Source: an uncultured Acidobacteriota bacterium (GTDB lineage Bacteria > Acidobacteriota > JAQAZP01). From it: DNA of 64,000 nucleotides. The DNA lies in NCBI GenBank assembly GCA_963836075.1, contig CAWIIB010000009.1, positions 2,080,001-2,144,000 on the forward strand, read 5' to 3'. A program made the position numbers and the translations under genes. Every line of letters begins with the position of its first letter. The stretch's first letter is position 1. Positions 10,130 to 19,351 of this stretch are shown in pieces. The notes under the pieces are model-generated. The model had not been told where the DNA came from and ran no database searches. It worked only from the letters and a program-made list of their open reading frames with translations.

Positions 10130-11639
10130 TCGGTGACACTTCCCTCAGGCGCCCCACCAGGAAATCGGTGTCCAGGGTGGAGAGGAACCACCCGGCCCGC
10201 GGGCCCCGCTCCTTGCCCAGCAGGGAGAGATAGAGCGCGCGAAACACCGCTTTGGGCTGGGCCCCCGCCGCCTCGGCCGCGTCATAGAGCAGCTGGTGGA
10301 TCTGCTCGGCGTCGAGGCCCGGCTCCAGCTGGTCGGCCAGCCGGCCCAGGGCCGCCGCCGCTTCCGGAGGCAGGTCCGCCGCCGCTTCGGGCAGGGTGGG
10401 CTGCAGACAGAACTTCACCGCCTCCGGAGCGTGGGTCTCCAGCCAGCGGCGGGCGTAGGCCGCCCGGCCGCGGATCCCCTCCACGTTGCTCACGTCGTAG
10501 CCCCCGCGGCGCAGGATTTCGATCACCGCGTCGTCGCCGCCGTCGCCGGCGATCTGCACCACGGTGACCACGTGCTTGAACGGAACCCCCACCGGGGGCA
10601 CGCTGCCCAGGGACGAGAGCTGATATGAACGCTCGTCGGTGCCCGCCGCTTCGGTGTCGTCGAAGTCGTTGACCAGGTTGAGCAGCGGCATGCCGGGGTC
10701 GAAGGAGATGGTTTTCTTCGGCGCGCGCCGGATCACCAGGTAGCGCAGCACCTCCGGCGGGAGGATCTCCAGCATCTCGCTGATGGTCACCACGTTGCCC
10801 TTGCTCGAGGACATGTCTCCCACGCCGCCCAGCCTGATCCACTCGTAGACCAGCGGCATGGGCGCCGGCCAGCCAAAGACCTCCCTGCTGATCCGCTCCC
10901 CGCTGGCATAGGAGCCGCCGCGGGTGGCGTGATCCTTGCCAAAGGGCTCGAAGGTCACGCCCAGCACCCACCACTTGGCCGGCCAGTCCACCCGCCAAAC
11001 CAGCTTGCCCCCGCCGTTCATGCTCACCTCGCCCTCGTCGCCGCAGCGGCAGGTGTAGGCCACCGTTTCGGCCGGGCCGTCGAACCCGGTGACCCTGGTG
11101 CCGGTGAGCCGGCCGCAGCTGTTGCAGATCGCGGTGAAGGGGCTCCAGTGGTCCGGGGTTTCCCGGCCGGTCATCCCGTCGATGATCTCCGCCACCAGGT
11201 CCCGTTTCTCCAGGGCCAGCTTGATCGCCGGGGTCATGCGGCCCGACTCGTAGAGCTGGTGCAGCCGGACCACTTCGGCCTTGATGCCCAGCCGCTGGAG
11301 CGAGTCGAGGAACGGATCGAGGAAGTGGTCGGCGTAGCTGCGGCCGTCCCCTGCCGGCCCGGGGATGCGGGAGAGCGGCCGGCCCACCTGTTCCTCGTAG
11401 ACCGCGGGGTCGAGAAAGGGATAGACCTTGCGCAGGTTGTCGAAGTCGTCGGCGATGTAGTAGAAGCGCGGGTTCACCCCCTGGTCCTCGAGGGCGCGGC
11501 ACACCGCGTCGGCGGTGACCACCTCCCGCATATTGCCGATGTGTATGGGGCCGGAGGGTGAAATCCCGGTGCTGATCACCACGTCGCCCCCCCGTGCCAC
11601 CAGCCGGCTGGCTGCTTCGTCTGCCCAGTGCTCGCCCAC
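10119..11639 (-). CDS. lysS: Lysine--tRNA ligase, class I
   Basis: HWAD N-terminus, TGISPSGPIHIGN, KLVWRVDWP, EPFGKDH, MSSSKG and GPRAG motifs. GTG start with GGGAGG RBS. Confidence 0.95.
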   Translation of the reverse strand: MGEHWADEAASRLVARGGDVVISTGISPSGPIHIGNMREVVTADAVCRALEDQGVNPRFYYIADDFDNLRKVYPFLDPAVYEEQVGRPLSRIPGPAGDGRSYADHFLDPFLDSLQRLGIKAEVVRLHQLYESGRMTPAIKLALEKRDLVAEIIDGMTGRETPDHWSPFTAICNSCGRLTGTRVTGFDGPAETVAYTCRCGDEGEVSMNGGGKLVWRVDWPAKWWVLGVTFEPFGKDHATRGGSYASGERISREVFGWPAPMPLVYEWIRLGGVGDMSSSKGNVVTISEMLEILPPEVLRYLVIRRAPKKTISFDPGMPLLNLVNDFDDTEAAGTDERSYQLSSLGSVPPVGVPFKHVVTVVQIAGDGGDDAVIEILRRGGYDVSNVEGIRGRAAYARRWLETHAPEAVKFCLQPTLPEAAADLPPEAAAALGRLADQLEPGLDAEQIHQLLYDAAEAAGAQPKAVFRALYLSLLGKERGPRAGWFLSTLDTDFLVGRLREVSPNAQ

Positions 11640-11857
11640 GTATCCCTCCCCGGGGCCGTTGCCGCCCTGTTCAAGTTCCCTGTTCCCCGGCAGTACCGGG
11701 CCCATATCGAGGCGCTATTATCACACATTCTCCATGGCCTCTCCAGCGTCTCTCTTTCCTTTCCGGCACGATTGGACTATTCTTTTGCCTGCAGGGTTCA
11801 CCACGTTGACGACCGATGTTCAAGACTCCCCGGTCTTCCGGTTTCCAGTGCAGATCC

Positions 11858-12862
11858 ATGCGTTTACGAAACGTTTACAGCGCAGCAGCCGCGTCCATCC
11901 TCGCCGGCTTCATCCACTGCTCACCGTGGATTCCCCGCTCCCTGGCCCTGGCCGGCGGCGAGAAGCTGGGGGGGCTGATGTTCCGGCTGGCCTCCCGGAA
12001 GGGCAATGGCGCAGCTCCGCGGAGGGAGCGGCGCACCTTCATCGACCTGTCGCTGGAAAGGTCCCTGGACGACCTGGGACAGGCCTTCGGATCCTCGCTC
12101 ACGCCCGAGGAGATGAAGGCGGTGGCCCGGGCCTCCTACCGCACGGCCGGCCGCTCGCTCATCGAGTCGTTGCGGCTGCCCAAACTGCCCCCGGCTGAAC
12201 TGCTGTCGCTCATCGACGCCGACTCCTTCGACCCGGTGCACCGGGTGCTGGACCGCGGCAAGGGACTGATCATCCTCACCCCCCACCTGGGATCCTGGGA
12301 ACTGCTGGCCTCCTACCTGGTGCACATCCTCGACCGGCCGTTCAGCGCCATTGTGCAGCGGCAGCGCTTCGACCTCTACAACCACCTCTGCGACTCCATC
12401 CGCAACGAGGGGGCCGGCCTGCGGGTGATTTACCAGGACGCCGGTGCGCGGCCCATTCTCAGCGCCCTGCGGCAGAACCTGCCGGTGGGGATTCTGGGGG
12501 ACCTCGACCTGCCAAAGCTGAAGGGCGCATTTGTCCAGTTCTTTGGCCGGCCGGCCTACACCCCCATCGGACCGGCCGCCCTGGCCCGGTCGTCGGGGGC
12601 CGGGATCGTTCCCGTCTTCATCCGCTGGAAAACCGGCTCCGGGGACGGCGGCGCCCTGCGGCACCAGGTGCACGTCCTGCCGGAGATCGAGCTGGTGCGC
12701 AGCGGCGACAAGGATGCTGACATCCTGGAGAACACCCAGCGCTGGACCCGGGTGATCGAGGAGATCGTCAGGCAGTACCCCGAACAGTGGATCTGGTTCC
12801 ACCGGCGCTGGCGGACCCAGCCCTGTACAGCGGAAGCGCCGGGCCCGGGCCCGGCGCTTTGA
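11858..12862 (+). CDS. Lysophospholipid / lipid A late acyltransferase family protein (LpxL/HtrB-like)
   Basis: HLGSWE, FVQFFGRPA and YPEQWIWFHRRW motifs. Confidence 0.85.
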   Translation: MRLRNVYSAAAASILAGFIHCSPWIPRSLALAGGEKLGGLMFRLASRKGNGAAPRRERRTFIDLSLERSLDDLGQAFGSSLTPEEMKAVARASYRTAGRSLIESLRLPKLPPAELLSLIDADSFDPVHRVLDRGKGLIILTPHLGSWELLASYLVHILDRPFSAIVQRQRFDLYNHLCDSIRNEGAGLRVIYQDAGARPILSALRQNLPVGILGDLDLPKLKGAFVQFFGRPAYTPIGPAALARSSGAGIVPVFIRWKTGSGDGGALRHQVHVLPEIELVRSGDKDADILENTQRWTRVIEEIVRQYPEQWIWFHRRWRTQPCTAEAPGPGPAL

Positions 12863-12887
12863 ATCGTGGTGGTCTGGCGGCCGGCGA

Positions 12888-13754
12888 TCAGTCGCTGATC
12901 TTGATCACGTTTTCGTCGTAGATCCAGCCCAGGGTGCCGTCGGCGGTCTTCACCAGGTAGAAGTCGTCTTCCTTGTCGTAGGCGGTCAGTTCGGCGCCGC
13001 CGGTGACAGTGGCCTTGACCATGCCGTAGATGGTGGGGTCGGTCTTGATCTCGGCCTGGGGCACGTCGACGAACAGCATGTCCGGGGCGTCGTCGGTCAC
13101 CGCGTCCTCGTGGATGAAACCGGTGCGGCCGTCGGCCAGCTTCACCTGGTAGAAGTCATCGAACTTCATCAGCTTTTTCAGTTCGTCGCCGGCGGCCACC
13201 GTGCCGAGGCTCTCGCTCACCGGGGAGCAGGAGGCGTGGACCGAGGCGTTCATCACGTTGACGAAGAGGATTCCCGGGGGATCGTCGTCCACCAGGTCTT
13301 CGTGGATGAAGCCGATGGTGCCTTCGGCCAGCTGGACCTTGTACCAGTCGTCCTTCTTGCCCAGCGACTTCAGTTCCGTGCCGCCCGGCACCGTGGTCAG
13401 CACCGGGGAGTAGATGTTGTTCAGCTCCCGGACATTGGCCATCCCCACTTCAACGTAGAGCTTTTCCGGGTGGTCGTCGGTGACCAGCTCGTCGTAGATG
13501 AAGCCGGTCTTCCCGTCTTCCAGTTTCACCTGGTACCAGTCGCCCACGTGGTCCATGCCGTAAAGGCGGTCGCCAAAGACGGCGGTGGCCATGATCTCGC
13601 CCTGGATCGAGGGGAAGGTGCGGATATTGGCTTCATTGGACTTGACGTAGAGGAACTTCGCTCCGGCGGCGGCGCTGCCGGCCATGGCGAAGATCATCAC
13701 TCCGGCGATCAGCGCCGCGATCATCAGGGTTCCCTTGGTGTTCTTGCTGGTCAT
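12888..13754 (-). CDS. Secreted acidic protein with four tandem bacterial SH3 domains
   Basis: Signal peptide, then four ~63-aa repeats (ANIR...WYQVKLEDGKTGFI). GGAGG RBS before ATG 13754; an alternative start exists at 13799. Confidence 0.85.
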   Translation of the reverse strand: MTSKNTKGTLMIAALIAGVMIFAMAGSAAAGAKFLYVKSNEANIRTFPSIQGEIMATAVFGDRLYGMDHVGDWYQVKLEDGKTGFIYDELVTDDHPEKLYVEVGMANVRELNNIYSPVLTTVPGGTELKSLGKKDDWYKVQLAEGTIGFIHEDLVDDDPPGILFVNVMNASVHASCSPVSESLGTVAAGDELKKLMKFDDFYQVKLADGRTGFIHEDAVTDDAPDMLFVDVPQAEIKTDPTIYGMVKATVTGGAELTAYDKEDDFYLVKTADGTLGWIYDENVIKISD

Positions 13755-13834
13755 CTTCCTGCCCTCCGTTGATTCCTGTTGTTTTCTGTCCTTGTTCATT
13801 CAGTTGTCTGTTTCATCGTTCGCCGTAATACAGG

Positions 13835-13851
13835 AGCAAGGGCCGTGCCAG
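13835..13851 (-). promoter_or_regulatory. Sigma-54 (-24/-12) promoter for the SH3 gene
   Basis: Minus strand reads CTGGCACGGCCCTTGCT, a full match to TGGCACG-N4-TTGCW. Confidence 0.8.
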
Positions 13852-13984
13852 CTATTGTGATTGCGACCAAATGTTGAAATACAACAACTTGCTCCTGAGG
13901 ATGACCGGCGGCCCCGGTCCGGAACACCGGCGGAGTGTAAAAAAACCTGCGGGTGGCCCCAAGTTTCTTTCCGCCGGCGGCCTC

Positions 13985-15481
13985 TCAGAGACGGGAGAGG
14001 GACCGGCGGTCCGGCTTGCCGTTGCCGGTGCGGGGCAGCTCGTCGAGAAACTCGAATATCCGCGGCACCTTGTACGATGCCAGGTGTTGGCGGCAGAACT
14101 GCTTCAGCTCGGTCACCGAGGTCCTGGAGGAGACCACCACGTGGGCCATGGGGATCACCCCCCGGGCCCGGCTGCGGGCCGCCGCCACCACCACGTCCAC
14201 CACCCGGGGGTGCTGCCGCAGCACCTGTTCGATCTCCGCCGGGTAGACCTTGAGCCCGGCCACCTTCATCATCTCGTCCCGCCGGGCGGCAAAGTGGATG
14301 CCCCCCAGGGAATCCCGGCGCACCATGTCCCGGGTCAGATACTCGCCGTCCCGCAGCACGGCCGCAGTCTCGGCCTCGTTGTTGAGATAGGAGCGAAAGA
14401 CGGAACTACTGCGGATCGCCATCTCTCCCACCTCGCCGTCGGGCACCTCACCGCCCGACCCGTCCACCACCCGCACCTCCACCCCCTGGCAGGGCAGCCC
14501 CATCCCCTCCTCCCGGCGTTCCAGCGCCTGGAGGTTGCAGATGCAGACCCCGGCGGTTTCGGTGCTGCCCCAGACCGGCACGATCCGTTTCCCGGCCTGG
14601 CGCTTCCAGCGCTCGATCAGGTCCCAGGGGGTGACCATGCCGCCCGATTCCAGCAGCCGCAGGCTGGCGATATCGAAGCGGCTGGAGCGCAGGGTGGTCA
14701 GCAGCACTTCGTAGATCGGCGGCAGCCCCATGATGCAGCTGACCCGCCATTTCTCCACCGCCGAGGCGATGGCCTTGGGGTTGATCGAGTCGAGCAGCAC
14801 CGCGGTCCCTCCCAGGGTCACCGAGCGGGCGAAAATCTCGTGCGGGTGGGAGGAGATGGCGAACAGCGGCAGGTGGACGTCGTCGGGGCCGATGCCGAGG
14901 CTGTCCACCACCGACTCGGTGTTGGCGGTGATGGCCCGGTGGGTGGTGAGCGCCCCCTTGGGCCTCCCGGTGCTGCCCGAGGTGAAATCGATATAGGCCG
15001 TGTCCTCGGGCGCGGGTCCGGTGAACGAGCCGCCGCCGGCGGGGGAGGTGAGCAGCGCCTCCAGCGACCCGAAACCGGCGGCCGCCCCCGTCCCGCCGCT
15101 GACCAGACTCCTCTCCGCCGGGGGCAGGTGCTGCCGCAGCCGCTGCAGCTGGGGGATGCACTCCTCGTGGGCCAGCAGCAGTTGCAGGTCCAGCCGGTCG
15201 AGGATCGCCACCTGCCGGCTGTCCTCCAGCCGGACGTTCAGCGGCACCGCCACGGCCCCGGCACGCATGATGCCGAAAAAGGCCACCATGGTCTCGGGCC
15301 GCTTGCGCAGCATCAGGCCCACCTGCTGGCCCGGCTTCACGCCGGCGTTGCGCAGACCGTGGGCCGTGCGTTCGGCCAGCTCGTTCAGTTCGTGAAAGGT
15401 CAGGTTACCGCTGTCGGCAAGAAAGGCGTTGCGGTCCGCCCGTTCACGGGCGTGCCGCCTGAGGTGCTGGTCCAGGCTCAT
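13985..15481 (-). CDS. AMP-dependent acyl-CoA synthetase/ligase
   Basis: FTSGSTGRPKG, WGSTET and YKVPR...LPRTGNGK motifs. ATGA-coupled to the upstream acyltransferase. Confidence 0.9.
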   Translation of the reverse strand: MSLDQHLRRHARERADRNAFLADSGNLTFHELNELAERTAHGLRNAGVKPGQQVGLMLRKRPETMVAFFGIMRAGAVAVPLNVRLEDSRQVAILDRLDLQLLLAHEECIPQLQRLRQHLPPAERSLVSGGTGAAAGFGSLEALLTSPAGGGSFTGPAPEDTAYIDFTSGSTGRPKGALTTHRAITANTESVVDSLGIGPDDVHLPLFAISSHPHEIFARSVTLGGTAVLLDSINPKAIASAVEKWRVSCIMGLPPIYEVLLTTLRSSRFDIASLRLLESGGMVTPWDLIERWKRQAGKRIVPVWGSTETAGVCICNLQALERREEGMGLPCQGVEVRVVDGSGGEVPDGEVGEMAIRSSSVFRSYLNNEAETAAVLRDGEYLTRDMVRRDSLGGIHFAARRDEMMKVAGLKVYPAEIEQVLRQHPRVVDVVVAAARSRARGVIPMAHVVVSSRTSVTELKQFCRQHLASYKVPRIFEFLDELPRTGNGKPDRRSLSRL

Positions 15482-16419
15482 GTCCGATCCTTGTGGATTC
15501 CGCCAATCTGGGGGTCGGTTTCGAGATGCCTGATTATATACCACATCCAGTTGAACTGCCCGGGATCGGTCTGGATCAGCGGCCGGAACCGGGCCACCAG
15601 GTCGCTGGTCACCCGGTGGATGGCCAGATCGCCCGAGTCCCCGGCATCCACGGCAAGCGGCGGATCGACCCGGACCATGCAACTGCCGTCCGGACGCCGC
15701 AGGCAGACGGTGGTGAGCAGCGGGGCACCGGTGCGCAGGGCCAACCGGGCCGGCGCCGAGGAGAAGAGGACCTCGCGCCCCAGCAGGTCGACCCAGGCGC
15801 CCCGCGGGCCGCCGAAACCGCTGAGGGCCATGAACACCGCCTCACCGGCATCCAGGCTGCGGAACATCCAGCGGTGCGAGTTGCCGGTCTCCAGCGGGTG
15901 GAAGGCGCCGGCCGCCTTGAGCCGCGCCCGGCGGGCCGCCCAGCCGTAGTCGGCAAAGTCGGCGGAGAGGGCCCGGATGGGGAACCCCTTGAGGGCCAGG
16001 AGGATGTGCAACAGCCGCTCGTCGCCCATGTGCATGGTGGCCAGCAGGGCACCCCGTCCGCCTTCCAGCGCCGCTTCCAGGTGTTCCAGCCCCTGGAACT
16101 CCACCCAGCCTTCCAGGGCCTCGGGGGTCAGGTCGGGGGAGAGAAACAGCTCGAGGAAGGAGGCCTGGTGGTTGACCCAGAAGTCGAGGAGGATCTTTTC
16201 CCGTTCCCCAGGGGGGAGGCCGGGCAGGGCCCGGTCGATGGTCTCGAGATACAGGGCGCGGTTCCGCCCCCGGCCCACATAGCCCACCCGGCTGCGCAGG
16301 GCGCCGAGAACCCGGGCCAGGCCCATCACCCGCCGGCGGTCCGACCCGGTCAGCCGCAGCAGCCCGCTCACCAGCAGGTAGAGACTGTTCCTCGCCGTCC
16401 TGAAGACCAGGGATTTCAT
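15478..16419 (-). CDS. Lysophospholipid acyltransferase family protein (divergent LpxL-like)
   Basis: GLEHLEAALEGGRGALLATMHMG, PARLALRTGAP and PGQFNW motifs. Confidence 0.8.
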   Translation of the reverse strand: MKSLVFRTARNSLYLLVSGLLRLTGSDRRRVMGLARVLGALRSRVGYVGRGRNRALYLETIDRALPGLPPGEREKILLDFWVNHQASFLELFLSPDLTPEALEGWVEFQGLEHLEAALEGGRGALLATMHMGDERLLHILLALKGFPIRALSADFADYGWAARRARLKAAGAFHPLETGNSHRWMFRSLDAGEAVFMALSGFGGPRGAWVDLLGREVLFSSAPARLALRTGAPLLTTVCLRRPDGSCMVRVDPPLAVDAGDSGDLAIHRVTSDLVARFRPLIQTDPGQFNWMWYIIRHLETDPQIGGIHKDRT

Positions 16420-16587
16420 GGTTCACCACCAGCAAAATCAAGGCTGATCAATGATGCAAAACCTGATGAATCATATAGATATCAGGAAAGAGGAATCCTG
16501 CCACAGGGACCTGGGCAAGTCAAGGCAGGTCATCGGCCGGTTCGTGCAGTATCAGGCGATGAAGAGGATGACGTTTACAGATTATAG

Positions 16588-19186
16588 TTACGGTAAAAAT
16601 GGTGGAGCCTGATAGAAGTTACCAATAGCCAGCCGCGCCCCTGCCACATACTCCTCTTCTTCGAAGAGCATGAAGCTCATTCGGTCGATCTGAGTCAATA
16701 CTTCGCCATCGTAATTCCATGATTTCAACTGAGCTGGATTTTCTGGATGCGGTCCAGGTGCGGTAAGGATTTCATCGATGTGATCGTTGTCCAGATCACC
16801 ACAAGCCACCACACAACCCATTGAATTGGTCAGGTCGGAGTGAGAGAAGAAGTTCACTCCGGAGATCGAGGTAATGACTTCACCGTCATAGTTCCATCCC
16901 CGTACATGTGAACCGAATATCTCGCTTGGCCCGGGGCCTGTGACGATCTCATCGATTCCATCCCCGTCAATATCGCCACTAGCTACATTAACCCCCCAGC
17001 GAAGAGTGCCATAGGCGAAATAGCTCACAGCAGAAATAGGCCCCGCAGCCCCAGCCTCTACATCCCAACCTCGCACATGGGGACCGAACACGGCTCCGGG
17101 GCCGGCTCCGGTGATGATTTCCTCTTTTCCGTCTCCGTCGATATCACCACAGGCCACATTCACTCCCCAGCGATTTGTCCCGTAGGCCAGGAAGCTTACA
17201 TTCCCCAATGGCAGGATCTGGCCACCGCTCAGGTCCCAGCCCCTTACATGAGGGCCGTATACAGCGCCAGGCCCCGCTCCGGTGATAACTTCGTCATCAC
17301 CGTCACCATCCAGATCGCCGGCCGTGACAGTAACTCCATAGCGAGGTGTTCCATACGCTTGAATGGACCACAGTGACCCTCCCACGGTATCAAGTGCCAA
17401 CACGGTTGGAGGATGATGGGGGCCTGGTCCCGGACCTACGAGGATCTCGTCATAACCATCACCGTTCAGGTCACCGGCAGCCGGGTTGAGGCCGTAGCCC
17501 TGGACAAGGTAGGGGTAAAAGAGATCAGAAACACCGTTGGCATTGTAGAACGGATCCCAGAGGCGCATCTCGGAGGGGTTGGATACGTGGGGTCCAGGGC
17601 CGGCCATAACACGAGGCGGCCGATCGACGGGCAGGCCGTCGGAATAGAAGATGTAGATTGCGCCGCAATCATCGACTTCGGGACGATCGACCCCTGAATG
17701 ACCGATGAGAATGTCATTGTGACCGTCATTATTGATATCAGCAATCGTACCTGAAAGTATTGGTCGCATCCAGGTAGTTTTCACCGAGGATTCTCAAGGT
17801 GGGATAGGTCTCGGAAAGTTCCACCGAATGAAACGGCGGGTAATTACTAGCCCCGAGGAAGATATGATGCCCTCCAGACGCTGCCTCATCATTTTCCGTT
17901 GATTTCCATGAAGACAAGCACAACTCGTCCTTGCCATCACCGTTCAAATCACCTGCCGACAAAGACCTGCCCAGAGCAAACTGGTGAAGACCATCCCCGT
18001 AGAAACTGACATCGGCAGGTTCCGATCTCAGGTCAATGAGTGTTTGAGGCGTAAACCCCTCACGACCCCACACCAGGTATGCGGCCCCGATAGAAACAAC
18101 AGCTGTATTGTAAGAGTATTGACCCCCGCACAGGTCGCTCACACCATCGCCATTGAAATCACCGCAGACCACTTCGTCCCCGAAAGCTGAATGGTGCTGA
18201 TTGCCCAGCACGGTCACATCGGCCTCGCTCTCACTGAGATCGATATGGTGCTGGGGAGGAAAGCTATCAGACCCGAAAAAAGCATACATCGCCCCCAATC
18301 TCAGCCATTCCGACTCCCAATACCAGGCCCCCCAGGCCCCAACAACCAGGTCATCAATCTGATCCCCGTTCACATCGCCAACGGCCAGCGACTCACCGAA
18401 CCTGTCCCCGCCATACCTTCCATGAAGGGTTAAATCTGCCCCATCCAGAGCAAGATCAATCTCCATGGGCGTGGTGAAATCCTCAGACCCATAGAGCACA
18501 TAGACGGCGCCGGTCCCGCTCCCGGTTTGATTCGGACCATACTTCTCGCCGATGACCAGGTCGTCGATGCCGTCATTGTTGAGGTCAGCGCTGGCCAGAC
18601 TCGTTCCCAGCCAATCATCCTCTGATGACATATTACTGCTGTAGATGAAGATGTCGGACGATTCCTGGGACAGGTCGATGATCATTCCCGCTTGCCACCG
18701 TGAGCCACCCCAGAAAACGTCGACAGTGCCGCCCGCAATATGTAGGAATTGATCGGCTGTGGGATCCCCCACGGCCAGATCATCCACGCCATCATGATTC
18801 CAGTCACCCGTGGCAAGTGAAAATCCAAGCCATTTATTCACAGAAGGGTTACTGACTATGACGATATCGTGTTTTTCGATCGCATCCACAACTGGCACCC
18901 CGTGCCGGGATGAAAAATCTAAATACCCAAAAACGCACTCATCACCATAGGTTTCCTGAAAGGCCGCATCGCGAAGAAACAGGTCCACGGTTCCGGAATT
19001 ATCAATATCCAGAATAACCGCATTTTTAAGCGAACTGCGGTAGCTGGAACCGATAATTGTCGTATCCGCTTCAATGGAGTCAAGATCAATAACCGTCTGC
19101 CCGGTTACGGGGATGCTGACACAAAACCAATAAACCGCCAGAATTAAGATCAACGGCAGCCGAGATGAATGAAACAGACAATTCAT
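16588..19186 (-). CDS. Secreted FG-GAP (integrin alpha-like) repeat protein with apparent frameshift at ~17755
   Basis: Signal peptide and FG-GAP repeats (FGESLAVGDVNGDQIDDLVVGA) in ORF 17738-19186 continue as GTIADINNDG... in ORF 16588-17784. The C-terminal domain is homologous to that of gene 1-1344. Confidence 0.8.
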
Positions 19187-19351
19187 CGATATTCTCCCAG
19201 GGAGGCGGCCGGGATGTGCCGCATTGCCGAACCCGACCGCCCCGCTGAATCAGTTGCGCTAGAATTTAGGTTCAAGGGCGGGAAGTGTCAATGGAAATAT
19301 GTCAGAAACAGTTAAAGGGGGGGCTGTGAGGCGTCCACGGGCGACCGGCAG

